A stretch of 64,000 nt of DNA, taken from positions 7,068,001 through 7,132,000 of the forward strand of contig JBHGNT010000004.1 of the NCBI GenBank assembly GCA_043228905.1. Direction: 5' to 3'. Position 1 is the first letter of the stretch, and each line of letters opens with the position of its first letter. Positions 12,655-25,097 of this stretch are shown here, piece by piece. Made by a program: the position numbers and the translations under genes. The notes below the pieces were generated by a model. The model was not told the DNA's origin, searched no databases, and saw only the letters and a program-made list of their open reading frames with translations. The stretch comes from Azolla caroliniana (taxonomy: Eukaryota; Plantae; Polypodiophyta).

Positions 12655-14362
12655 TTGCTTTTAACAATGGCAAAAACATAAACAAAAAAGAATATTGTGT
12701 CTTATGCTATTATAATATATGTATCTCTTATTGTGTGTTATGCTATTATAAGTACTTACCTTCCATCGCCCTTCAAATTTCATGCAATACTACCCTCTGT
12801 GAGTGTGATGGGGGCCAATAATTTTGCAAAAGTATTTTCTCTTCGTGGCAACTAAACTCGTGGAGTTCTAGTGCTCACTCTACATACACCACCAAAAAAA
12901 GAATATTGTGTCTTATGCTATTATAATGTATGTATGTTGTATTGTGCCTTATGCTATTATATAAGTCCTTGCCTTCCATCATCGCCCTTCAAATTTCTTG
13001 TATCCAATTCTTGTTGTTGGTCACAATTACCCTTCGTGCAATACTACTCTCTAGGAGTGTGATGGGGGGATCTGATCTTGTCGTAGTACCATCTCTCCAT
13101 GGCAACTAAAATCGTAGAGTTCCAGTGCTCACTCTGCATTCACCACCCAAAAAAGAATATTGTATCTTATGTTATTATAATGTATGTATGTTTTATTGTG
13201 TCCTATGCTATTATAAGTACTTACTTTCCCTCGCCCTTCAAATTTCTTATTGTCAGTCACATCTACCCTTCGTGCAATACTACCCTTTGGGAGTGTGAAG
13301 GGGGCATAGGATTTTGTCATAGTACCACCATTCCGTGGTAGCAGAACTCGTAGAGTTTCAATGCTTACTCTACATTCACCAACAAAAAGTGTTGTTTTTT
13401 GCTAAAACAATTTTTTGTTTTTAACAATGACAAAAACATAAACAAAAAAGAATATTGTGTCTTATGCTATTATAAGTACTTACATTCCATTGCCCTCCAA
13501 ATTTCTTGTATCCTTATTCTTGTTGTCGGTCATAGCTACCCTTCGTGCAATACTACCCTTTGGGAGTGTGAAGGGGGCATAGGATTTTGTCATAGTACCA
13601 TCCTTCTGTGGTAGCGGAACTCGTAAAGTTTCAATGCTTACTCTACATTCACCAGCAAAAAGTGTTGTTTTGGCTAAAAAAAAATTTGTTTTTAACAATG
13701 GCAAAAACATAAACAAAAAAGAATATTGTGTCTTATGCTATTATAATGTATGTATGTTTTATTGTGTCTTATGCTATTATAAGTACTTACCTTCCATCTC
13801 CCATCAAATTTCTTGTATCCTTATTCTTGTTGTCGGTCACAACTACCCTTCGTGCAATACTACCCTTTGGGAGTTTGAAGGGGGCATAGGATTGTCATAG
13901 TACCACCATTCCATGGTAGTGGAACTCGTATAGTTTCAATGCTTACTCTGCATTCACCCGCAAAAAGTGTTGTTTTTGGCTAAAACAAATTTTTGTTTTT
14001 AACAATGGAAAAAACATAAACAAAAAAGAATATTGTGTCTTATGCTATTATAATGTATGTATGTTTTATTGTGTCTTATGCTATTATAAGTACTTACCTT
14101 CCATCTCCCATCAAATTTCTTGTATCCTTATTCTTGTTGTCGGTCACAACTACCCTTCGTGCAATACTACCCTTTGGGAGTGTGAAGGGGGCATAGGATT
14201 TTGTCAGAGTACCACCATTCCGTGGTAGCGGAACTCGTATAGTTTCAATGCTTACTCTACATTCACCAGCAAAAAGTGTTGTTTTTGGCTAAAACAAATT
14301 TTTGTTTTTAATAAAGGCAAAAACATAAACAAAAAGAATATTGTGTGTTATGCTATTATAAT
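12655..14362. repeat. Tandem array of ~250-310 bp units (6-7 copies)
   Basis: AAAAAAGAATATTGTGTCTTATGCTATTATAA recurs near 12685, 12895, 13148, 13445, 13715, 14023 and 14333. Confidence 0.9.
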
Positions 14363-14643
14363 AGAGAGAGAGTGAGAGGGAAGGATAAAGAGAAAAGGAG
14401 AGAGAGACAAATTGTAGTGATTTGTTATGGACTCATCAATCTCAACCTTCATGTTTTAAACTATCCAATTTGTAAAATCTATTGGTATTTGGATATCTCC
14501 AGGTATTTCTATTTATGAGAAAACAATCATTTAATAAATAGAAATATATATGGCGACGAAAATGCATGGTAAATTAACTTTTCATTTAATAAAAAGCTTT
14601 AATAAATATAAATAATTATGGCGACAGATATGCATTTAATAAA

Positions 14644-16466
14644 TAGCTTTGCATTTCTAGTAAAAAAGAAGAGAACCATAGATTTCAACGAAAATGCATG
14701 GTAAATTAGCTTTAATTTATATATAGCAAGATTTAAAATATTGTCTGATTCCCCATGCCCCTTCTAAACGTTTATTGCAATCTAGCATCATCATCTAAGA
14801 TTCAGCTTAACACATTTTGTTGGGGATAAAACACAGATATTCCAACAAGATACAGGATTCTAGCTCAAATTCAAGAGAGGACACTCACATCAGAAAAAGA
14901 AAATGTTGGCATGAAGGAAGGGATGCACAAGAAAGAAGAAGAAATACTTTTGAAATAAAAAGAAACAATGTATCTGAAAGAAGAAGAAAATGCATCAGAA
15001 AATAAAGATGGATATGAACGCCATGGATATTGAGGTCACGAAAAGTTGCCTATTTCGACATATATAGACAATGCAACTTCCAAGTGAGATACGATCATTT
15101 TTTAGCAGAAATCGGAAATATGATCCACCTGCCATGGAACCTAAAGTGTAATCTTCCTCATAACACCTAGGTTAGCTTTGCATTTCCAGTAAAAAAAGGA
15201 GAACCATGGATTTCGACGAAAACGCATTGTAAATGAGCTCTAAATTACTTATAAGATGATTTACAATATTGGCTGATGCTCCTTCTATGCAATTCTTGCA
15301 GTCCGCCATCATCATCTGAAATTCAGCCTAACACATTTTGTTGCGTATAAAACACAGACATTTCTGAAAGATATAGGATTCTAGCTCATATTCAAGAGAA
15401 GACACTAGCATTGCCAGAAGAAAATTTTGGCATGAAGGAAGGGGATGCACACGAAAGAAGAAGAGATCCTTGTGAAATAAGAAGAAACAATGTATCTAAC
15501 AGAAGAAGAAAGTGGGTCAGAAAATCAAGATGGATATGAACGCCATGGAAATTGAGGTGACGAAAAGCTACCTATTCCGGCATGTATAGACAATGCAACT
15601 TGCATGTGAGATACGATCAATTTCGAGCAGAAATCGAAATTATGATCCACCTACCATGGAAGCTGAAGTGTAATCTTCCTCATAACACCTAGGTTAGCTT
15701 TGCATTTCCAATAAAAAAGAAGAGAACCATAGATTTCGATGGAAACGCATGGTAAATGAGCTCTAAATTACTTATAAGATGATTTACAATATTGGCTAAT
15801 GCTCCTTCTATGCATTTCTTGTAGTCCGCCATCATCATCTGAAATTCAGCTTAACACATTTTGCTGGGGATAAAACACAAATATTCCAGCAGGATACAGG
15901 ATTCTAGCTCAAATTCAAGAGAGGACACTCACATCGGAAGAAGAAAATGTTGGCATGAAGGAAGGGGATGCACAAGAAAGAAGAAGAAATACTTCTGAAA
16001 TAAAAAGAAACAATGTATCTGAAAGAAGAAGAAAATGCGTCAGAAAATCAAGATGGATATGAACGCCATGGAAATTGAGGTCACGAAAAGTTGCCTATTT
16101 CGGCATATATAGACAATGCAACTTCCAAGTGAGATACGATCATTTTTTAGCAAAAATCGGAAATATGATCCACCTGCCATGGAACCTGAAGTGTAATCTT
16201 CCTCATAACACCTAGGTTAGCTTTGCATTTCCAGTAAAAAAGAAGAGAACCATGGATTTCGACGGAAACTCATGGTAAATGAGCTCTAAATTACTTATAA
16301 GATGATTTACAATATTAGCCGATGCTCCTTCTATGTGTTTGTTGCAATCCGCCATCATCATCTGAAATTTAGTTTAACACATTTTGCTACGTATAAAACA
16401 CAGACATTTCTGAAAGATACAGGATTCTAGCTCATATTCAAGAGAAGACACTAGCATTGGCAGAAG
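14644..16466. repeat. Tandem array of ~523 bp units (3.5 copies) with alternating subtypes
   Basis: TAGCTTTGCATTTC at about 14644, 15174, 15695 and 16218. Confidence 0.9.
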
Positions 16467-16569
16467 TATTTATCTATCTCTTCTTCTCCCGAGAGTTCTA
16501 CACCCCTCTTAGTACTAATCCTCATCTTTTAGCACTAATTCCCTCTCTGTCTTAGTACTATTCCTGACA
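16467..16569 (+). repeat. 3' end fragment of a Tcn1-like family LTR
   Basis: Similar to the reverse complement of 9543-9640 (CTTAGTACTAAT..TTAGCACTAATTCC..CTTAGTACT.TTCCTGACA); not followed by a PBS. Confidence 0.8.
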
Positions 16570-17020
16570 GAAGCAAGGGCGATGACGAAGATGGGTAATG
16601 CTTCCAATTGGACGGGATTCAAACTGTCACGGACACACCAACCGTGGCAAATATAAAGATAAAGGACACAAGATGGGGCGAAACGAGAATACTAGATTGA
16701 TGTGTAATGACTGGTGTTGAATCCCTTGAAAGGAACCGAGGTTACAAGCATTTATACAAGTTTCGAGATTGAATATCTCTAGAATATACTCATCTAGAAT
16801 ATACCGTACAATATCTGTAGAATATACAAACACTAGAATATTCTGATTGTAAAATGTACTATACTCTAGACTATAGAATACTACCTCATTATATATAAAT
16901 GTACGGTCATGTTAAAATGGTTGAACATGACATCTAATTGATGTGAGGTTGGTTCAATGCCCGCAACTATGTCACTGTGTCGTGACATTATCCTTCCCTT
17001 TTACAGCCTCCTTTTCGAGA
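16570..17020 (-). mobile_element. Inverted fragment of the non-autonomous family: PPT - LTR (16625-16987) - PBS - start of internal region
   Basis: Minus strand reads AAAAGGGAAGGATAA | TGTCACGACA...CCGTGACA | GTTTGAATCCCG..CAATTGGAAGCAT, matching 18471-18500 and 17370-17445. Confidence 0.8.
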
Positions 17021-18059
17021 ATTAGAATATTCTAGTCATTAGTATATTCTCAAGAATTAGAATATATTCTAGTCGTTAGTATATTCTAGAAATATTGTAC
17101 GGTATATTCTACACGGGTATATTCTAGAGATATTCAATCTCGGAACGTGTATAAATACTTATAACCTCCTTGGTCCATTTCAAGGGATTGAACACCAGGC
17201 ATTGACACATCAATCTAGTATTCTTGTTTAGCCCCATCTCCTCTCCTTGATCTTTATCTCTGTCTTCATTCTCTTTTGTCGTTCTCGAGTTTCTAACCTC
17301 GTCACTTCTAGCTCTGAGTTCACAGCCCGTTACTTGTATCCCCCATCATCCATGCTCCTTCTTACTCCGCAGTTGGTGTGTCCGTGACAGTTTGAATCCC
17401 TTCCAATTGGAAGCATCACCCGTCTTCGTCATTGCCCTTGCTTCTAGAGTTACCATCATCCCCTTCCTTGCTTCTAGAGTTACAGTCATCAACATCCTTG
17501 GTTTTAGAGACACTTCCTCATCATCATCGTCTTCGTTGCCTTGTCTTCGACATCATCATTTTCAACACCCCTTGTTGTCTTCATCAAACGCTACTTCGCC
17601 CAACCTTCATCGTTATCAACACTACTTTGCATAGTGTTTGATTATCATCATTGTTTCGCCCTCTTCATTGTCATTGTCATCATCTATAGGTATCATTTTG
17701 CTTCACGATTTTGGTGAGGATTGATTTTGATCTCTCACCTTCACAGTTTCGATGGGGGTTACAAACGCTCACTTTCCTGGTGGGGATCAAATCATTGCTC
17801 GGTTGCACTCCATTTTCATTTTGGTCTACATTTCGCTCCACTTTCCTTTAACGAGGATCGATTTCGATCGTTGATCTTCCTAGTTCCAGTGGGGGTTACA
17901 ACCGCTCACTTTCCTAGTGAGGATTGCGTCGGTTTCTTGCTAGCGCTACCGTTTGTGTCTTGTTTTGGGTCAATCTCGATAATTTACCATGTCATGATAG
18001 AAGAAAGCTAGTCGACCGCTTCACCTGCACTCCTTCACTCGTTATTGTTCTAGTTTCCT

Positions 18060-18430
18060 GTGACGATCGCACATGGTCAATCACGCTCGTTCATATTCCA
18101 ATTCCAATTCCTGGTGAGGACTGCACATGGTCACTCATGTCTATCGGTGTTCTAGACTCCAGTGAGAACCGCACATGGTCGTTCACACTTGTCGATGTTC
18201 CAGTCTCCGGTGAGGGCCGCACATGGTCGCTCACACTCCTCGATGTTCTAGTCTCTAGTGAGGACCACACATGGTCGCTCACGCTCGTCGGTGTTCCAAT
18301 CTCCGGTGAGGACCGCACGTGGTCACTCACCTAGTCTCCGGTGAGGACCACACATGGTCGCTCACATCCGTTGGTGTTCATGTCTCCAGTGAGGACAACA
18401 CATGGTTTCTCACGCCCATCAGTGCTCCAC
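18060..18430. repeat. 48-bp tandem repeats (~8 copies) in the non-autonomous internal region
   Basis: GTGAGGACCGCACATGGTC-like motif at about 18113, 18161, 18209, 18257, 18305, 18340 and 18388. Confidence 0.85.
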
Positions 18431-18768
18431 TTCCTACTCACCCCTACACCATGCTTTCAAAAACGCGGTCGTAAAGGGGAGGATAATGTCATGACACAGT
18501 GACATGAAATACATAGTTGGTGAGGAATGAACCTACAACCTTACATCAACAAGATATCATGCTCAACCATTTTGATATGACCATGCATTTGTATATAATG
18601 GTTTAGTATTATATAGTCTAGCATATAATACATTTCAGAATTAGAATATTCTAGTCGTTAATATATTCTAGAAATATTGTACAATGTATTCTACACGGGT
18701 ATATTCTAGAGATATTTCTCGAGTATATTCTAGAGATATATTCAATCTCAGAACGTGTATAAATACGT

Positions 18769-21084
18769 TGGCGTGATGTGGCATGCTCGAGAGTGGCAAA
18801 AACCGGTGAAAAGGGGGGAGGGGGGTCAAAATGTGCATGTGCAATGTGTGTGCACACAAAGGCGATTAATTCTGCACATGAAAAAGAAAAGGGAAAAGAA
18901 AGGGTGGAAAGGATGGATAGAAGCCCGTGTAAAAAGTAAGAGAGAGGAGAGATAAAAAGTAGAGGGGAGACAGGCTAAGAATTTATAGAGATAGAATTAT
19001 ATATAGTGGATAGTCACATTGACTTCTAGCTAGAGGTGCATAGTTCAAATCTAGTCTTACAGTGTAGCGTAATTTAAGGAATTTTATTCCTTTTTGCATT
19101 AAAGACGAAATTGGCGACCCCCCTTCCTTTTTTTCCTATAAAAGGAGGTCAAGGGGGGCTCATTTGGGGGAGGACGTTTTGGGAGGAGATTATCGCCACA
19201 TGAAAAAGAAAAGGGAAAAGAAAGGGTGGAAAGGATGGATAGAAGCCCGTGTAAAAAGTAAGAGAGAGGAGAGATAAAAAGTAGAGGGGAGACAGGCTAA
19301 GAATTTATAGAGATAGAATTATATATAGTGGATAGTCACATTGACTTCTAGCTAGAGGTGCATAGTTCAAATCTAGTCTTACAGTGTAGCGTAATTTAAG
19401 GAATTTTATTCCTTTTTGCATTAAAGACAAAATTGGCGACCCCCCTTCCTTTTTTTCCTATAAAAGGAGGTCAAGGGGGGCTCATTTGGGGGAGGACGTT
19501 TTGGGAGGAGATTATCGCCATTTTTCCTTCGGAGCTCTTCATCTTCTTCTTCACCACTTCTCTTCATCTCATACCCCTTCATCCCCTCATCGCCACATGC
19601 TCGTCTTCTTCGCGTCGGCACTCAAAGTGCTCGTGAGCCCAAGCTTCGTTGGTTCAACATTGTGAGCCCCGTTCAACATTGTGAGCCCCGTTGAACGTTG
19701 TGAGCCCATGTGCTCGCCGTTCGAGTGGTCGTGGTTCGTTGGGGTTGGCCTTTTGGTGGTGCTCGTGTGTTCATCTTCGCCGTGTTTGGATTTGCTCTTG
19801 TCTCTAAGGACATTTAGTATTTATGTTTTGATTGAGCTTGTGGTTAACTATATAGTTGCCATTGTAATCAAACCCTATTTTATAAAGGGTCCTCTTGCGT
19901 TGGAATCGAACACGTATTTATTTCTTTGGCCGATATCATTCGTGTTTCTTTCTTTCATTCTTTCTTTGTTCGTGTCTTCCTTGTACGTTCGTCCATCTTG
20001 TGACGAGGGAGCGTTTCGAGCATGCCCATGCACCTCTCCTCCTCATAAAGGCGTACGAGCATTTGTGCGTGTGTTTGTGTCTTCCTTGTACGTTCGGCCA
20101 TCTTGTGACGAGGAAGCGTTTCGGGCGTGCCCATGCACCTCTCCTCCTCATAAAGGCATACGAGCATTTTGTGCGTGTGTTTGTGTCTTCCTTATACGTT
20201 CGGTCATCTCGTGACGAGGGAGCGTTCGGGCTTCCCTATGCACCTCTCCTCCTCATAAAGACGTACGAGCATGTGTGCGTGTGTTTGTGTCTTCCTTGTA
20301 CGTTCGGTCGTCTTGTGACGAGGGAGCGTTTCAGGCGTGCCCATGCACCTCTCCTCCTCATAAAGGCGTACAAGCATTTTGTGCATGTGTTTGTGTCTTC
20401 CTTGTACGTTCGGTCGTCTCGTGACGAGGGAGCGTTCGGGCTTGCCCATGCACCTCTCCTCCTCATAAAGGCGTACGAGCATTTTGTGTGTGTGTTTGTG
20501 TCTTCCTTGTACGTTCGGTCGTCTTATGATGAGGGAGCGTTTCGGGCGTGCCCATGCACCTCTCCTCCTCATAAAGACGTACGAGCATTTGTGCGTGTGT
20601 TTGTGACTTCCTTGTATGTTCGCTCGTCTAGTGACAAGGGAGCGTTTGGGCTTGCCCATGCACCTCTCCTCCTAATAAAGGCGTACAAGCATCTGTGCAT
20701 GTGTTTTGTGTCTTCCTCGTACGTTCGACGTCTTTTGACGAGGGAGCGTTTGGGCGTGCCCATGCACCTCTCTTCCTCATAAAGACGTACGGGCATTCGT
20801 GTTTGTGTTATCGTCCCCTTGTGCGTTCATCTTGCGTGCTCATCTTTGCTTGTACCTGTTTGATCACTTGACTCGTGTGGTGATCTCGAAAGGTCGATGA
20901 GTCGTGATCAACGAAAGCCACCAGCCTCACAAAACAAAGGGCAACAAGCCCTTGCTCGGGAAGGGGTCGGGAAGTAGTATTGTCGTAAAGCAAACCTCGG
21001 GTCTTCTCTATCCCATGAGTACTCCCTAGTCCAAGACCCCCATGGTTGTGCCCAAGTAACACACGCGCACGAAACTTCGCAACA
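18769..21084 (+). repeat. 5' LTR of Gypsy A (~2.3 kb) with a 322-bp internal duplication and 8 x 105-bp repeats
   Basis: Colinear with 38087-39874; duplication 18875-19196/19197-19518; repeats at about 19970-20800. Confidence 0.9.
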
Positions 21085-24000
21085 TAAATTGAAGCACTCT
21101 GAAATCACGAGCACAATCCTGATTGAAGCAACTCGAAGAAAGTCCTTCACCAAAGACTCAGCAGATGAAGCTTACGTAGTACAATGTTCGACCGACTGAT
21201 CGAACAACCAGGGAAGAAGTTCTTCCCGACCGCCGAACAATCTGCGAAGCTGGAGCAAGTCCCGAGACAACCGAATCTGCAACTACTGCAAGAAACCGGG
21301 ACACATTAAAGCCGACTGTCGAGCACTCAAAGAAAAAACCGAAAAAGCTCAGAGAGCGGATCAGAAGAGTAGCCGGCATGAGGAGGCCAACTACGTTGGC
21401 TCTTCAGCCAAAATTTTGACGATCAACCCGAACATACTGTCCATAGAGAACCCAGTCGAATCAGAAGTTCTGCTTACGACTGAGGAATTGAGCACATGGC
21501 TTCTGGACTCGGGCGCATCGTATCATGTGACACCTCACCGATCTCAGTTTCAGCAATACTCGGACCAGCACTCCGACTCAGTTCGAGTCGGGAACTCTCA
21601 ACACTGTGCCATAATCGGAATCGGCACCGTAGAGCTCAACCTTCCGGGTGGCTCTACACTCGTACTACACAACGTCCGACACGTTCCTGAGCTTTCAAGA
21701 CCCTTGATCTCAGTCGGACAACTTGACGAAGTCGGCATCCGTGCCGGGTTCTCATCAAGAGGGTGGACACTCCACAAAGGGAACCTCCTGCTTGCTCGAG
21801 GACCAAAGGTACACTCATTGTACCCTTTATATGTCACACTCAAAGAGGGTGACTTATTTTTGGTTGATATCCCCGTGTCATCGTTGTGGCACGGACGACT
21901 TGGACACCTCAACAAGGCCGGCATAACACACCTATCCAGAGCCGGTTACATCCCCAAACTCTCCTTCTCGAATCACCAATTCTATGAGCATTGCCAGTAC
22001 GGCAAACAGGTAGTCGCATCACACCCGACATCAGCACCAAGAGAATCGAGTCCCCTCGATTTGGTCCACTCGGACGTCTGTGGCCCGATGCCACGTCAAT
22101 CTCTCGACGGTGCTTCATACTTTGTCAGTTTTATTGACGACTCGACTCGGAAGGTGTGGGCTTACCCCATTACAACCAAAGATCGGGTGTTCCCGATCTT
22201 CTCTGAATGGCTTGCAATGGTCGAAAACTGAACTGGTCGGAAACTAAAATGTCTCCGAACCGATAATGGAGGACAATTCAAGTCTGACGAATTTGTCAAA
22301 TTTTGCCGGGAACGCGGCATTCGACGTGAATATACAGCATCCTATAGTCCGGACCTGAACGGAATTGCTGAACGCATGAATCGGATGATTCAAGAACACA
22401 TAGTATCCATGCTCCAACACTCTGGACTGTCTGATGGCTTCTGGGTGGAGGCTCTACTTACGGCAATACACATAATAAATATGTCGCCAAGTAGACCTCT
22501 AGGACTTAAAATACCTCAGGAAATATGGACCGGCAGTAAGCAAAATTATAACAAGTTGAGGATCTTCGGCTACGAGGTGTATGCCCTCATACCGAAAGAA
22601 GACCGCCGGAAACTCGAACCAAGGTCAAGGAAATGTGTTTTCCTTGGATATGGACCCGACGGCGAGATCGGATACCGACTCTAGGACCCCAAGCACAGAC
22701 AAATCGTCTGAAGTTCGGACATCGTGTTCAACGAGTTGGCTATGCATAAAACGGCTGAAAGGCCTGTTGAAGTCCGAAGGGTAATATTTTTCAAAGTGCC
22801 AACCCTTCATGAGGGCCCAGCCCATAACACAAGATCGGTTTCACGGGTAACCGACACCTCCCGTCCTAAATCCACCGATTCAGCACAGCCGAATGGCTCG
22901 ACTTCTGACCATCCGACCCCTATACCAAGTACGACCAGTCCAGTCATACCTCGAAGATCCGAGAGACTGTAGCAACCTCCGGAAAGCTACTCTCCCTGAA
23001 TTTTCTTCACCGACGCCAGCGAACCGACTTCTTACGAAGAAGCATCGACATCTGCCAACTCAACCACTTGAGACTTGGTCGAATTACCGAAGAATCGCCA
23101 TGCTCTTCCGTGTAAGTGGGTCTATCGACTAAAAGAGACATCTGACTCGACCAACCCAAAGTACAAGGCTAGATTAGTTGCGAAGGGATTTCGACAAGAA
23201 TATGGCGTCAACTTTGACGAAATCTTTTCACCAGTGGTGAAAATTACAACCCTTCGTTTCATGCTCGGCGTCATGGCCGCCGACAACTTGGAGCTGATTC
23301 AGCTAGATGTAAAAACGGCATTCCTCCACGGTGACCTACAAGAGGAAATCTATATTGAGCAGCCAAGAGGCTTTGTGGCATCCGGCCAGGAACATCTAAT
23401 CTGCCGACTCAGGAAGAGTTTATACGGCCTGAAACAGGCACCCCGACAGTGGTACAAGAAGTTCGACGACTTCATCCAGTCAGTCGGCTTCTCCAAGAGC
23501 GATGAGGACCATTGTCTTTTCACCAAAATAGCTCAAGATGGGTCTCCCGTCTTCCTCATCATTTATGTGGACAACATGCTACTCTCCGGCCAACATGTTG
23601 GAGAGCTCACCGAACTCGTTCGGAAACTGTGGTTGAAGTTTGCCATGAAGGACCTCGGTCCGGCAAGACACATACTTTGTATGAAGATTAGTCGGCATCG
23701 CGATAAATGTCAACTTTTCTTGTCTCAAACTGACTACATTGGACGTGTCTTGGACCGCTTCAACATGCACTCGGCCAAGTCTGCTTCGACCTCGCTCCCC
23801 ATTAACCTTCGGCTGTCTGAGCGAGACTGCCCGACATCCGGTCCAGAGGGGGAAGATATGAAGTCGGTACCGTATGCATCGGCAGTTGGCTCCCTTATGT
23901 ACGCGATGGTCGCGACACGGCCTAATATTTCTCACGTCGTAGGAGTCATCAACAGATTCATGCACAACCCAGGCCGATCGCACTGGAACGCAGTCAAGCA

Positions 24001-24105
24001 TGTGTTCAGATATCTAGCTAGCACAAAAGACCACGGCATTCTTTTTGGCCCGAACTCAACCTCAGGCATAGTCGGTTAAACCGACTCGGACTTCGCCGGT
24101 TGCGT

Positions 24106-25089
24106 TGTCGTGAAGATTTTCGGCAATAGTGTGAAAATCCCATAAAACGTACAAAATCGAGTATGAATCATGTAATACAATAATTGTGAAGATAACATTT
24201 TTAATATCTAAGTACAAAATGATGGAGGTTTCGAATGCACTTTATTACACGAGAAATGGACAACTAAATGTCAAGATATGAGGGTATAAAGTTTGTGAAA
24301 AGAAAAGAGAAAATTGTGAGATATCCCACATAGGCACGACAAATACGGCTCTCATCATATATAAGGTGGAGCAAAAGATATTATCTTTGTGTCTATGTGT
24401 GGAGCATAGAGAGTTCAAGGTAACTTGAACTTAGAGTGGAGGTGGCTAGCTACTCGAAAAGGGTTTTGGCCAACCAAAACCGGACCGGCGATGGAGCCGG
24501 TGATCCGACGGCATCCGACCGCAATCCGGCGGCGGCATCCGGCGGCGGCATCCGGCGGCGGCACCGGTATTCGGCGACGGCATTCGGCGAACCGGCGACT
24601 AGATAAAATAAATATATACAAGGAGGGCAAGTATGGATTCGAACCTTGCACCTCCAAGTTAAGAGTCAAATCGCTTACCATTAAGCCATAGTATTTAGTT
24701 GAAATTATATTTCTATCATTGTACTTTTACATGTAAATTCTAATCCATGAGTGCTAAAATGAGTGACATGTTTAGCATGCACCACATGTAATACTTAAGC
24801 GCCAAATGGCAAACATGCAATTTATGCATGTCTTGTACCCTCCCATGCATCATATGCATGAGAGCATCTATAAAAGAGGGAAGGGGGAGGAGAAAAACAT
24901 GGTTTTTTTTTATGAAAATTAAGAAGAAGAAGTTCGTTATCAAATCAATCGTGTAATCTCATCTTCTCTCTTTCCTAATCTATCTTAAGTACTTTCTCGC
25001 CAAAGCTTGTATCGACTCTAAATCCTTCTGGTCCAGAACCCCGGCGGTTCCGCCTCACGATCCGCGCGTAGTGACGAATCTTCACGACA
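24106..25089 (+). repeat. 5' LTR of Gypsy B (984 bp)
   Basis: Matches the 3' LTR except for 24443-24915, which holds GC-rich GGCGGCATCC repeats, a tRNA-like module and TATAAAAG. Confidence 0.92.
24625..24695 (-). other. tRNA(Lys)-like module in the Gypsy B LTR (antisense)
   Basis: Minus strand: A box TGGCTTAATGG, D-arm GCTT/AAGC, loop CTCTTAA, B box GGTTCGAATCC 43 nt after the A box. The acceptor stem is not intact, so this is not a tRNA gene. Confidence 0.7.
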
Positions 25090-25097
25090 TAATTAAG

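Noticed and set aside
12655-16466. Tandem arrays as CRISPR-like repeat-spacer systems
   Set aside because: Whole units repeat with no unique spacers, there are no cas genes, and the context is eukaryotic.
19681-20796. Repetitive ORFs (e.g. 19895-20782, 38887-39396) as repeat proteins
   Set aside because: They are by-products of the 105-bp LTR repeat; frames shift between units and differ between the two LTRs.
24625-24695. Functional tRNA-Lys gene
   Set aside because: Acceptor and anticodon stems do not pair; reported only as a tRNA-derived module.
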